From assembly GCA_965178125.1 (NCBI GenBank), contig OZ237738.1, positions 124,001-188,000 of the forward strand: a DNA stretch of 64,000 bases, in the 5' to 3' direction. A program made the translations under genes and the position numbers. A model generated the notes under the pieces. The model saw nothing but the letters and a program-made list of their open reading frames with translations. It did not search any database and had not been told where the DNA came from. The stretch's first letter is position 1, and every line of letters begins with the position of its first letter. Source of the stretch: Bilabrum cf. latius (Eukaryota). Shown here piece by piece: positions 37,370 through 50,341 of the stretch.

Positions 37370-38161
37370 ATGGTCGCAAAGTGGTTCTTGATGCGAGGTG
37401 TATTGCACGGTGACGCGCACCCGCAGCGAACGGATAATGTGCGACATCTTTTTGAAATCGTAGCACTGCCAGCAGCCATGGCAGCGGCAAAAGAAACTCA
37501 TCACTCCCATGAAGATAAGGCGAGCATGCCATGGTGGCCACGAACAAGCATGTCGTTCGGTGCACTGGAGGAAATCGCAGTTGCGACAAGCCACGATGCA
37601 AGGAGTACACCAGCAACTCATGCAGAAGCCGATCCCAGAGCAGGCGGCCTCGGTGAAATAGATTCAAAGGGTCTCGTTGTGCCCGAAGCGGTCGAGGTTC
37701 GCAGCAGGCTATCGGCTTCGCTGACTGCACCGCTGGAGCGGGCGAGTGTTAGACTGTTTATCGCTGCACCAGATGAAGCTGGGGCGCTGGCACTGGTGCG
37801 AGAGTGCATGGAGTCTGCATCAAGCGGCAAAGATGCATCAGACGCGCTAGATGAGCCAAAGATCGACCCGGAGGAATCAGAGGAAGACAGGGAGGCTCGG
37901 CTGCAGGCGTACATGCGTGACGTCGGGTCGCCCCTATTGCAAGTTTGCCTGCTTGGCACGGCAGACGCCTGGCAGCAAGGCAGATTAGGCCCTAAGAGCA
38001 GCAGCAGCGATGTGCTTAAGGAGGCAGTGGCGGTGCTCGACCGCGTCAAGGCGCGCGCCGAGGAGAGAGGGGTGGGCGCCTGCCAGGCGGCCAGGGACGA
38101 GGGCGCCGACTGCATCGGGAGGGCGCAGAGGGAGGCGCTCGCGGCTGCCAGGGCCAGGTGA
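37370..38161 (+). CDS. Hypothetical protein; 5' structure unresolved
   Basis: 263-aa open frame with protein-like composition. The same frame extends upstream through TAG 37346 and TGA 37226 into ORF 36908. No domain recognised. Confidence 0.45.
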   Translation: MVAKWFLMRGVLHGDAHPQRTDNVRHLFEIVALPAAMAAAKETHHSHEDKASMPWWPRTSMSFGALEEIAVATSHDARSTPATHAEADPRAGGLGEIDSKGLVVPEAVEVRSRLSASLTAPLERASVRLFIAAPDEAGALALVRECMESASSGKDASDALDEPKIDPEESEEDREARLQAYMRDVGSPLLQVCLLGTADAWQQGRLGPKSSSSDVLKEAVAVLDRVKARAEERGVGACQAARDEGADCIGRAQREALAAARAR

Positions 38162-38226
38162 GGGAGGGAGGGAGGGAGGGAGGGAGGGAGGGAGGGAGGG
38201 AGGGAGGGAGGGAGGGAGGGAGGGAG
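38161..38226 (+). repeat. (AGGG)16 purine microsatellite
   Basis: Perfect tetramer run read directly. Confidence 0.95.
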
Positions 38227-38375
38227 AGAGGGGAGAGCTGGCCCTGATGAAATACTGATTCAAATGCAACCCATTGTCCATTCTTTCTATCATGCTCACA
38301 ACAATACGCACCACATTTCCTCTGCAAACCAAGCCCCCGCCCTCTCCAGTGCTGCCCTCCCTGCACGCCCCGTCT

Positions 38376-40474
38376 TCACACCTGCTGCGCCTGCATTGAT
38401 TTCCCAGTGCCACCGCTCGGTGCCTCGATAGCCATGAGGCCGCTCCCGCCCTCACCCGATGCCACCGCGTGTGCTGCGGCAGCCACGTCTCGAGCAGCCC
38501 CGCCCGCCCCCGGGGCACCGAGCGCTCTTGCGCCCCCCCCGTGAGATTGAGCGCCGGCGTGCTTCTATGAGTCCTCGAGACTGGCACCCGTTCCTCTCTC
38601 ACCCTCCCCCTTGCCCCCGGCACCCACCCCAGCAGCTGCCTTGAGGTTCCCAGAGAACCAGCCTCCGTCGTACTGCAGAGCCTCCGTCCTTCCCACGTCC
38701 ACGTCCACAAAGTAAAGCATCCCGATGGGTAGCAGCAGCATGCACACCACGTAAATGAACCCGTAGCGCAGCACCCCCGAGTTCTGCGCGATGACGGCCA
38801 CCACGAGTGGACCCAGCCAGGAGGACCCCTTGTCCGACAGCTCGTACAGAGCAAACATCTCGCTCTGGCGGCCGGGCGGGATGAGCGAGGCGTAGAGCGT
38901 GCGCGAGTAGGACTGCACAGAGCCCAGGTTGAGGCCGTACAGGGCCACTGCGATGTACATCTCCAGCCCGGACCGCAGCCCGATCGTGCTGGAGGCGAAC
39001 CCTAGGAGGCCGTAGAGGGGCACCAGGCATATGAGACCGAGGTTCATAGCGATCATCTGCTTCTCGGTGAACCCCGTGCGCGCCTGCACCCACTCGAAGA
39101 AGAAGTTCCCGATGCCGGCGAAGATGGGAGGCACGAGCAGCAACGAGGTCAGGGCGAGCGTCTTTGAGAACCCAAAGTCCACCTCTGTGTTTGCGTAGAG
39201 CGCCCCTACGGAGGCCACAACCGAGAAGCCGTCAGAGTACACGAACCAAGTGATCAGGAAGAAAAAGAGGTGAGGCAGCTCTCGCGCCCTCGAGATGGTC
39301 GCCACGGTGCGCTGCCAGCTGAATAGCACCACGTTGCCCGCGCCCTCTGGGTACGGAGCCCCCTGCCTGGGCCGCATGGTGGTAAAGGTGTAGGTGGCGA
39401 ATGCGATCCACCACAGCCCCGCCAGTGCGCAGTTGAGAGGAAACGCGATGTTGGACGGAATCAGGAATGCGATCACCACGGCCAGTGCCATCATGACGAT
39501 GGAGCCGGCGTACCCGTAGGCGAACCCCCTCGCAGAGAGGTAGTCCATCTCCTCCTGCAGAGCCTCCTGCCCCTCCCTCGAGGCCAGGTCTCGGTTCAGC
39601 ACCGAGGGGCGACCCTTTGCAAGATCAACCAGGTAAGGGTTGTAGAATACGAACGTTGCGCCGTACAGGACATTCGCAATCACGCCAAACAAGCCTCCTA
39701 GCCACCAGGTGTCCTGGGTGGTCGCGACGATCAGAATGCAGAAGAGCGCCCCAGTGTACGTTGTGACCTGAAGAGCAAGGCGCCGATTGCTCGAAAAGTC
39801 TGCCATGGCTCCAACGCTCACGAAAACGACCGCCTAAAGCAAAACAGACAGCGAAATGGCGATAGAGGCGAAGGCGCTCGGGTCAACTCCACTTCCAGCG
39901 AATGATACGCGCAGCTTGAACAAGTCTTCCCCGTTGGACTGTAGACATTCCGATGATGTCTGCAACAGGTATGCAATAGTGGACAGTTGAGCTTTTCGAA
40001 TACTAGTAAGAGCAACGACAGCACGCATGTGAGACGCTAGTTGCATTATTTTTTGGAACTGTGACTCACCTCTGGATATCCTGCGCAAATATCTCCGCAG
40101 CACCGGTCCACCAAGCTATCTGTTATGTCATTTCTAAACAAAAATCCCTCGCTCTCGGCTGAAACTCCGGAGCAGTTTGCGAAAGAGGCAGTCGTCAGGT
40201 TGGTCAGAACATTACCGCAAATCTCCGGGAACCCAGCCGCCTCCAAACCAGCATTTTGTACCAAAAGCGGCCAAAAACCGCTAATGACTACCGTCGACAC
40301 CGCAGACGACCCCCAATCATACGCGTAGAACCCAATCACTTCAGTATCGGTTGTCGGCAGCCCTGTCGCATCCTCGCCCGCATCCGGGCTCGGACTGGGC
40401 AGTTCCGGGGATTTTTCTTCCTCAGCCGGCGAAGGAAGTGTGGATTCAGACGCTGAGACTACCTATGTAGGCAT
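38376..40474 (-). CDS. Atg22/UMF1-type MFS transporter (intron 39960-40069; 3 TAG)
   Basis: 'GFYAYDWGSSA', 'SLSVLL*AVVFVSVGAMADF', 'LSARGFAYGYAG', 'FVYSDG', 'QSYSRTLYASLIPPGRQSEMFALYELSDKGSSWLGP'. ATG 40474, TGA 38376. Confidence 0.88.
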
Positions 40475-40691
40475 GAACTGCGAAATTGGGCGTCTAAGCG
40501 GCCCAATGTGTTGTTGCCGATGGCCTGCCGATACACGGGGCTCCGAATCTTCGAGTCGCGCGGCAGCCCAGTGCGGCACAGGTTGCCCTGCCCAGGTTGC
40601 GACTGGTAGGTACCCGGCACAATTTACGGGACACCGTCATGCGATTTACAGGCTGCAGTATGTAAGTAGTATCGATTCATTTCGTCTCATC

Positions 40692-41972
40692 TCATCTCAC
40701 AACACCCTGCGGCCTGTGCAAGCCCCTGCTGCGACCCCCCCCTGCAGCCCCTGGCCGGGCGTCCAGGTCCCCCCCTACATTGCTGTCGAAGGCAGCTCCC
40801 TGCCCATGCCTCGGATACTGCTCCATCCACGGCTCGTGGGACCCATGCGCCCCGGCCGCCTCCTCATCCATCCCAGGCATCGAGGTGGACGTGCGCAGAG
40901 CGCCAAAGACCACCGTCTGTCCCCCCGCCGCGCCCCCCTGCCCCTCCCCGTCCCCTCCCCCGAAGATCCCCCCGTCGTCCTTGGCGCTCTCCTCGGACCT
41001 CTTGGCCCGGGCCCTCTCCAGGAAGAGCATGCACCACGTGATGGACGCCAGCAGCAGGGCCACCAGCAGCCACTCGTACCCAGCCAGCAGCTGCAAAGTG
41101 CTCGTGTGCTCCCGCAGCAAGGGGGACGCGCAGCCGCCCTTGGAGTTCCGCGGGCACGGTGTGACGGCCCTGTCGGGCTGTTTGGATGTCCCAGCGAACC
41201 CGCAGCAATCGAACTGGGCCTGTGTGGCTTCTAGCACGGCGCGGTCCTTGGAGGTGCTCGTGCTGTGCAGCGAGTGCCAGTTGAAATCCAAGGTGCGTCG
41301 CAACGAATCTGTGTCGCTCTGCGGATGCACGGAAGTATGCGTGTGCGTGGACCAGGGTGCTGAGGAGGCAGAGCGTTACAAGCTGGGCGTCGATCGTATG
41401 CGCAGCTCACCACTGCTAGGTTCAGTGACACCGCCAAACCGAGTGCGCAAAAGAAACTCAGCCACGCAGCTAGCGTGTACAGCCGGACACTATCCATTGA
41501 CGGGCACTGCGAGTGGGATCATCACCAAACAAAGGCCAGGACTTGCTTGCTGCAGCACGCTCCCACGATTCGCTGGAAGCACGAACTGGCTGGGGTTCTC
41601 ACCTTGCAGCAGTACGGAGCAAACAAACCGAATAAAGAAATGGCCGCTATAGCTATGGCAGTGCCGAAGCAAGCAGAAACGAGCGTCTACGCTCCGAATC
41701 GCGTGGACGGTAGTTCAGTAATTGCAAACATGGTATGAATCAGGAATCCAATGGCAATCTGCAACAGAACAAAAAATACATACAATGGAATGGGGCGTAT
41801 GAGTGGCTGTAGGCGACCTTATATTATGAGAACAGCACCTTCCCATTCGCCTCACAAGTTGAGCCAGTTGCAGTGCGATAAGCCCAGTCTTGTAGAGGGG
41901 TGGATCGCATAGACTCGACAGACTTCGACAGGCATCGCATCCACAATTGCGGCACTATGCTCCTTGGCACAT
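40692..41972 (-). CDS. Tetraspanin-like protein, 4 exons (introns 41759-41855, 41507-41602, 41319-41410; 2 TAG)
   Basis: Hydrophobic helices flank a loop with 'QAQFDCCGF...PC...GC'. GTGAG/CAG junctions keep the frame. Ends TGA. Confidence 0.72.
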
Positions 41973-42180
41973 ATTACGGGCCAGAAGGGCCGTAGTCGGG
42001 TGCACTGGAACGGAGCCAGTGCATTAATCAGACTAAATAGCGAGCAGTTATAGCGTGAGGCGGAGCCAGAACATTTCCAGCGTGTGCGAGCGGCTACGCA
42101 TGTAAATAACGATGCATGCATGTGCGGAGACATTGATGTACATAATATCTACCCAACCAGTCGCGGATCGCTTGATGCTC

Positions 42181-44840
42181 TCACAGCATCGGCCCCAGGG
42201 GGCTCGCCTCCTGCTGCGACCAGGGGCACCTGCACACGGGGTCGCTCGAGTCGCAGCACGGGGCGTACTTGTCGTCGCCCGAGTAGTCCGCCTTCTGGTG
42301 CTTGGTGCTGCTGATGTTGGCCAGCTTCGCAGCCCGCAGGCCCGCGACAGTCTTGAGCGTGGCTGCGTCCAGCTTGACGGGCGTGCTCTCGGCCGGGTCA
42401 TTCACCACGTCGAACACCAGGGGGTCGTCTTCGTGGGAGGCCGTGGAGCCATGGTGACCCGCGCAATCGCCCGCGGTGTACTGCTCATAGTACACCGTGT
42501 ACTGCTTGTACCTCACCACGTTCAGCTCCCCCTGCCCGTTTGGGTGGAAAAGCGTCGTGTGCGCCTCCTGCGCGCCCTCGAAGAGCACGGGGCCCAGGTC
42601 CACGCCGTCGAACTCGCGGTCCTTGGGTAGATCCACGCCGGCCAGCGCCGCGATGGTGGGCATCACGTCCAGGGTCGATGCCAGCGCGCTGGTGACCTGC
42701 TGCTTGGTGTGTCCCTTCCAGTAGAAGACCCCAGGCTCCCTGTGGCCACCTTCGTTCGTCGTGAACTTGCCGGTGCCCCCCTTGAGCGTCTTGGCCGCGT
42801 AATCGCCCGTGAACTTGCCCTAACTCGCTGCAAACTGGCACTTGACGTTCCATGGGCCACTGCAAGGCGACATAAGTGGGGGAAGGGGGTGAAAGGGTGT
42901 GTGAGAGCTTGTAGGACGACGGGTGAGGGCGCAGCTGCGCAAGTGCTGATCAACACACTGCGCCGGAATATGCAGCTAGGCCTCCGGTCACATGCAGTGC
43001 ATTGTACTGCATTCGCAATCGCGCTCACTTGTCAGCGCTTAGGATGAACATGGTGTTGTCCTCCTGGCCGGTCTCCTTGACCGAGTTCCACACGTTCTCG
43101 ATGAGACCGTCCAGCTCCCTGAGCGTGTCTCCGAACACGGTGCCCCGCAGACTCGAGTTGCGGTACTTGGGCTCGAAGAACAGAGGCACCTGCGGGGGGT
43201 TGTACCGGGGAAGCAAAGCGTACAGGGATGGGAAGGGGAAATCTGATGCGCCACACAGAAGGCAAAGCGTACAGGGATGGGAAGGACTGCACCGGCTGCA
43301 ACAAGCTGCTCTAGCACGGACAACCCAGCCCCGTTCACTGGTGCAGAATAAATAAATAAATAACCCCCCAATGACAGGCACCATCAAGGGTGTCCTCACG
43401 TGCGTGTGCGCCGGTCCCATGTACAGGAAGAAGGGCTTCTGCTCTGCGACCGCGTTCTCCATGAACTCATGCGCGGCCTCGGCGTAGTATGTGGATAGGT
43501 AGGTCAGATTGACAGGCTGACTCGCGATCACGTCGTTGCAGCTGGGCTTGCCGCTGCAGTTGCTCGTGGTGTTGTAGATGGGCAGGCCCCTGACGTGGTT
43601 CCCTCGCACCCAACGGGGCTCGTCCGTGAGCCTCTCCTCGTCCCTCATGCGCCTGTAGAAGGCCCTCTGCACCTCTAGGGCGTTGTCGGGCAGGTTCTTC
43701 CAGCGGAATGGGTCGCCTTCCTGCTGCCCGAAGAGGGCCGGGTCCAGCGGCAGCGCGTCGATCTCTTCGTCGGTGAGGCGGCCCGCGCGAGCGACGGTGG
43801 ACTGCGGTGGTGGTGCATGGAGCATTGCCAGACGGGTCAGAACAGCAACCTTGAAAATGAAAGAGGCGGTACTCGGCTGTGGGGCCACCGCTGCAATGAA
43901 TGGTGCAAGACACCCGTCGAGTATGAAGAGACGGCGGGCGGGCAGGTGCTCGTCCCCCAACAGGGAGGCTCACCGCTGCCTTGCTGCAGTAGGGGATCGG
44001 GGGCAGGTCATAGTCGGGGCTGCGAGAGAGGGTGGATGAAGAGCAGGGCTGAAGGCACACCAAGGGTGATGGGGTGTGGGGGGGGGGAAGGTGGGCTGTG
44101 CGGCGCAAGGCAGCAAGATCAGTTGCAGCCGCACGAGTGGCACTATCATTCTATTCTCTGATCTTACACGTCCACGCAGCCCATATCGGGCGAGAAGGGG
44201 ATGCCAAAGTTTCTGTCGTAACCCCGGTAGCTGATGTGGTACCCAGGCGTGTGGCCGTTGTGAGTCTTCCCGATAGTCATGGTCGTGTATCCGCCCTGCT
44301 GCATGATGTTGCCCAGCGTGAGCTCCTCTTGAGGCAACCCGAACTGACTCGGAGGGCCGAAGTTGTGGGTCACTCCCGTTCGAAGACCCAGCCGGCCAGT
44401 TAGCAAAGCTGCACGCGAAGGAGTGCACACCGATGCCCCGGCGTGGAAATCATGGAAGATAACCCCCTGCTTCGCTAACGACGTCAGAAAAGGGGTATCA
44501 TTAGGCATATTCGGGTCATTGAAGCTGTAGTCGCCCCACCCGCTGCAGAGATGTGATAAATCCAATAGCCAAGCTCCAGTATTAGTCTGTAATCATTCGG
44601 ATCCAACAGCGGGTAATTCTGCCACCAGCATAAATACACTTACCTATCATCAACAAAGACAACTGCGGGAGTATACTATCACTGGCGAGAAGCAAAGACT
44701 GTTGGGAGCGAGTTGCAGTTGCATCCGCAATGAAGATTGGGCAGCTCACGAACAACGTTCGGCTTGCTTCCACGGTACAGATCGCTAGCCAGAACAACAG
44801 ACAATGAGGATGCAAGGGCGATCCCGGCTATAGTCTTCAT
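42181..44840 (-). CDS. Arylsulfatase (ARSG/ARSA-like), about 7 exons, 1 TAG (42820)
   Basis: Signal peptide, spliced 'KPNVVLVFVDDSGWGD', formylglycine motif 'CTPSRAALLTGR', 'GYTTMTIGK', 'HTHVP', spliced 'SADNGPW', 'EGGHREPG'. Ends TGA. Confidence 0.9.
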
Positions 44841-44992
44841 ATTCGGTGGTCTGGATGGCTTTGAGAGGCGCGTCAATTCTGAATAATTTTTTAGAACGTA
44901 CACGCCACAAACGGCCTAAAACGGGCGAGCAATTTTCAAGCGCAGGTAGCAAGTGTGGACCACTCATTTTAAATATTTGGCGAGTATATCAA

Positions 44993-47900
44993 ATGAATGC
45001 GTAGCAGTCAAACAGTTTATTAAGACTTCGTTCGCGGCGGAGCCATGGTAGTCACGGAAACTACGCGTAGGCAAGTGCTCCTGGCCAGCCCAAGCAGCTT
45101 AAATCTCGCGCTGCATTGAAGGGCAGGGGCAAGAAACGAAGCCGAGAAGAGATGGGTACTCTAGGCGATGGCGTATCTGGAAGCGAATTGGAGCAGCCCG
45201 GTTCAGATTCGAAATCAGGTGTTTCAAAGTTGGGCTTGGCCGCAGCGGTCACTGGCCCCAGATAGCTCCGACAGTCAAGTTTGCGAACGAAATTAGTTCA
45301 ATCATCTGGTTTTGCTCCTCAAGAATTGAGTTGCAGCGGATTCAGTTAGTGTCCGCACGTGGACGAGCAGCTCAACGCCAGTTAGGCTCTTGTCAATGCA
45401 AAGCGACCGCACCGCTGGAAGTGTAACCACCAGGGCTGTGGGACTACATCAAATCTTCTAATTTGCTTGCATTGCGGTACGATTAGGTGCGGACGGGATG
45501 CAGACGGCCACATGGCCACGCACTTCGCCGATCACCCGGAGCACAGCTGCACAATCGACCTCAATTCTGGGGCAGTCTTCTGCTACCGCTGCGACGACTG
45601 GGTCGTGCCCTCCCTGGCTGGTCCTGCCGTGTCGAAGGTCCAGTCGACCCTTAGCAAGCTGCGGGAACCAGCCCAGGCTGTTAACTCGGCTACCGATACA
45701 GAGCTAGACCGCAGCTCGGACAGCGAGGCAGGTGCTCGCCCTCAAGCAAGTGCTCGCACAGTGGATCTCAAGGCAAAGCGGGAGGGAAGGAGTAGGATCC
45801 GAGGCCGCCATAGTGCGCAGTCGAGGGGGAAAGGCCACGACGCAAACGGTGCGGTCGATGGATCGGACGCCAGCTCAAGGTTTAGCTTGTCAGATACAGA
45901 GGACGAGGACGAGGACGAGGACGAGGAAGAGGACGACGAGGCAGCCGATGCGCGGGGCACAGGCAGCAAACGATCCACGAGCCCACCAGTACACAGCGGC
46001 ACGAGCGTCGCCGGGATGGACGGCGAGGCTGCTGCTGGGGCTGGCCTGGGAACTGGCGAAGGCGGTGCACACTCGAGAGCAGCGGGGTCCAGAGCCACGC
46101 CGCGCCCCACTCGGCTCTCTCGGGGCCATTAGCAGTTGAGGGACTCCGGTGCTGGTCGTCGCACCACGCGCTGGTCTGCATCCAGAGGCAGGCATTCTTC
46201 TGGAAGACAAAGCGGGGGCGGGAGCAGGGGCAGGTCCACTGCGGCTGCCTTTGATGCTGCTATGGACGGCGATGGGGTGGGCGAGGGCGAGGGCGAGGGC
46301 GGGCATGGTCTCGACTATGCTGCTCTGCCGAGCCTCGCAGTGGCTAGTCTGGGGAAGGCGGCTTCCCCCCGCCGCCTCAGTCGCATGGTTCCGCTGGGCA
46401 GCCCCTCCGACGTGAGAGAGACGGAGGTGCTGGACATCAAGGCTACCCTCGAGGCCAGGCGCAGGCGGAGGCTGCTGCTAGCTGTCTTCGAGGCAATACG
46501 AGGGGAGGCAGAGGAGCGGGCGCGAGGGACCGGGGCATCGGCACGGGCCAAGGCCCGTGGGCAAGCAAAGATGCAGGCCCAGGGGCACTCATCGCAACCA
46601 TCCAAGGATTGGGGTTCAGCTGCCACTGGGGGGTCCAGCGGCAAGGGGAAGCGAGGACCAGTCCGATCTGCAAGGTCCGCGTTTGGGGCACCCTAGGCGT
46701 AGGGCCCTGCCACTTTCCTCCGTCGGTCCACGCGTCGTGCCGCTGCAGACAAGGGGAAGGCTGGCGCAGTGGCAATGGCGGACTCGACCGATGGAGAAGA
46801 CAGCCTGGACCTGGATTCGTAGGAGGAGGAGGAGGATGAGGATGAGGATGACAGTTGTGACAAGTGGGAAGGGCCGGCATCGCAGGACTCCGAGTGGAGC
46901 CTCAGTACGCCACTGCAGCCGGCAGGGGACGCAGGGAACAGGGAGGAAGACAGGGCGGCAAGCCCGAGCAGCTCGTCAAGTGGGGCGTCCTCGCATGCGG
47001 GTGTGCCAGCCTCGGCCATGCCGCGGTCCAGTCGGAGGCAAAGATCAACTAGGGCAGCCGCGCAGCAGCCCAAGCACCCCCGCACGGCGGATCGCCTCCG
47101 CAGCCGACTGCCTCTGTAGGTGCTCTCTGCTGCACGCAGGCCGCGCCGGACGTCCCTTCCCGGGCTGCTCCCCGGCCGCACGGGGCTGACAAACCTGGGA
47201 AACAGCTGCTACATGGCAGCGACCGTGCAGGCCCTCAGCTACGCCCCGCCAGTGCGCAGGTACTTTCTTCACGCCTTCCGCACGGTTGAGCTGGCCCGGG
47301 ACACAGAGGTGAGGTCCGTGTCCCCAAAGTCGGTGGCCAGGCTCAGGAGGAGAGGCTCCCTCGTGGTGCCTGCTGGGGCGGTGCCCATGATGGCCGCCAT
47401 GACCGGGCGCGCGCCCTCGGCGGGATCCACCCCACCGGTTGGCTCAGCTCTGGGACAGGGTCTGTGGGGCGGCGGGCAGGGGCCCGAGCGGGTCTCGCCG
47501 AGCGCGCTGGTGCGGCAGCTGGGCAGTGTGCCAGGATCACCACCGGCGGGGCTATCCAGTACAGCCACCAGGACGAGCGCAGCACCCGCCACCTCTCAGT
47601 CCTCCTCGTCTGCATCGTCGTCCTCGTCCTCGTCCTCGAGCAGCTCAAGGGCGCTCCTAGTTGACGCGGGGAAGGCAGGCATGCTGCTGCTGTCGGCCGC
47701 ACCTGTGATGCAACACCAGCCGGCTGCAGATGTCTACAGCTCTATGGCCACGAGGCCCAGCAATGAAGGCGGCCCGTCGAGTGCGCGGGGGTCCAGGTCC
47801 AGGACCAGGACCAGCTCGAAGACTGCGAAGCAGTTGTCCTCGTCATCCTCGCGGGGCAGGAAAGGCTAGAGGCAGCCTGCAGCTGGTGCTACTGCTGCTG

Positions 47901-50194
47901 CTCCAGCTGCTTCACGCGGAGGTAGGCGAGGCAGCAAGGGGTCAAATCGAGGCGGCGGGCGCCCTAGAAAGCAGGCACCACCTGCACGCACCTCGACACC
48001 AAAGAGCAGCAGGGCTCGCAAAGGAACTCTGGCGTAGTCGCAGAGGCGCGGCGGGACTCCCACCGTCGCAGGGCCAGCGTCGAAACAGAAACAGAAAAAG
48101 CAGGCGCGCGCTTCCAAGGCGCACGAAGTGGTGGACGCGGTTCCTGCCGACCGGAGCCTTTGCGTGCAGTTCCACCGCCTGCTTCGTCTGCTGTGGAAAG
48201 GAAAGTGGGCGGCCATATCCCCATGGGGATTCAGGAAGGCCGTGTGGAGGTTTCTCCCGGAGTTTCGGTCGTACCAGCAGCAGGACGCGCAGGAGTTCGT
48301 TGTGGCGTTTTTGAACGCGCTGCACGAAGAACTGAGGCGGGGAGGGGCCGCGCCAGGGTCAGAGATGGGGCTAGCTCCCTCCGACCCGGTAGCGCACTCC
48401 GCATTCCTCCGGGCGGCCGCCTCTCCCCAGAGAGAGGACTTGCCGCCTCTGCTGGCCCTGCCTGCAGCTGCCCAGGAAGGGCTGGGAAAGCAGGTGCAGA
48501 GCCCAGTCGCACAGGGGAGGACGAGCGGCACAGGCAGCAGGACACTCAAGCTGCGTGGGGGTGCCAGGACGAGGGGAGCCGGTGGCCCGGATTCTTCAAC
48601 GCGTCGGTCCGGCAGGGCCCGCCGAGCCCCCGAGCGCATCGTGCCGGGCCCTCCACCGCCGAAGCCACGAGCAGCCAAGAAGCCGCAGGAGGGCACCAGT
48701 AGCACGGGTGCCGGACTAGCCGGGGCGCGGTCGGGTGCTCGGGGTCGCACTCCAGCACGGAAAGGCTCCGAGTCGCCACCCTCTGCAAAGAAGCGCCGCA
48801 TCATCACTAAACCTGCAGGAAAGGCCGAGAGCGTGGTATCGACAATGAAAAGCAAGGGCAGGAGCGCGGGTCGGCAGGGCAGTGCGCGAAAGAAGGGCAG
48901 CACCGCATCAGCTGGAGGGGCCCCTGGCAGAGGCAAAAGCAGCCGCACAGGATCAAAGAGCGCCCGTTCGAAATCTGCACGCAAGCCCCGGTCATCCTCC
49001 GTGCCGTCTGCCGCTGGCAGCGATGAGGTCGACGACGACCGCCCTGCCGTGACCTTTGAGCTAGAGGAGGACGACGGCTCGCTGATCAGTCGTATCCCCC
49101 TGTTCCACCCGAGCGGCTTTGTGGGGGGTTGTCTGTTTGGGTCCACAAGGGCGGAGACCACGTGCAGCGGGTGCAAGAACGTATCTGGGCGGGAGCACGA
49201 GTTTGTGTGCCTCTCTGTGGACATTGATGAAGCCAAGGCGTATGCAGACTCCGATGGTGACGCTGCATCGAGATAGGCCGTGCAACGGAGGATAGAGGCG
49301 GGTAAACTAGTGTACGATCGGCTGCAGTCGGCGGCGGGCGTGCTGGGGGCCAGCTTGCAAGGCTAGCTTGGGGCGTCATCAATGGACGAATCGATCGACC
49401 TGTCGGCAGCGGGGTCACCACCCGAAGAGGAGGCCTCGGCTGCGAGTGGCGCCGGCAGCGACTCGGAGATGCCCCCGCCGCCCAACGCCAGAGGCAGGTC
49501 TAGAATGGCGGCTCTCCTCGCGGATGCTGGCTCTCCCGCGCCAGTTGGGGGTCCACGGCTGGCCTCTCGTCGCAGGCGTCCGTCTCGCAGCAGCCAGGTT
49601 CCGGTGACGCTCGAGGCGTGCCTACGGAAAACCTGCGCAGCTAGCTCGTTGTCAGGCGACAACCAGTACCACTGCGATGGTTGCCGGGGCAAGCGGGATG
49701 CGGAGCGGAGGGAGCTCCTGTCCAACCTGCCGCAGGTGCTCATCGTGCACCTCTCCAGGGCGTTCTGGACGGCACGCGGCAAGACCAAGAGCCAGGTGCA
49801 CGTGGATTTTCCGATGAATGGGCTGGATCTGGCGCCGTTCTGCTCGAAAGAGGCCACGGTGAAGCCCGACCCGCGAGCGGAGAGCTTCCGCGCAGCTGCA
49901 AGGAGTGCGGCCACGCCAGTGCGGGATGTGGCTGCATCGCTGCAGCAAATGAGCGGAGTAGAGCCGCAGTCCTCACAGGCTGGCGTTCCGTCTATTCCAC
50001 TGTACCACCTTGCCAGCATCGTGGTGCACCACGGCCGGGGCATTGACAAGGGCCACTACACTTGCTACTGCTACGACCGGGCCAAAGCAGTATGGCTGCA
50101 CTTTGATGACGCGCAGGTCGTGGTGTGTACCCCGGAGCAAGTGGCAAAGGTGCAGGCGTACCTGCTGGTGTACGTGCGGGAGGACTCGCTGTGA
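44993..50194 (+). CDS. ZnF-UBP + USP (C19) ubiquitin-specific protease, USP3/44/49-like (about 14 TAG)
   Basis: 'CPHV...C..CGTTSNLLICLHCGTIRCGR...HMATHF...FCYRCDD'; Cys box 'GLTNLGNSCYM'; 'QQQDAQEF'; His box 'VVHHGRGIDKGHYT', 'WLHFDD', 'QAYLLVY'. One frame from ATG 44993 to TGA. Confidence 0.88.
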
Positions 50195-50341
50195 TGGGTC
50201 TATCACGGATCTGCAGTGGTCGCGGCAGTCTCGGAAAATTCATAGATCTAGATACGATTGAATCTGGGCACATAATGTCTACGTTCGGAGCATAATCTGG
50301 ATTCCGGATTCCGGAACCAGCTTAACCAATTTGATGACAGG

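Noticed and set aside
40046-44166. TAA as terminator of ORFs 40046-40339 and 44164-44565
   Set aside because: Both TAAs lie just downstream of GT donors inside predicted introns, so they say nothing about the meaning of TAA.
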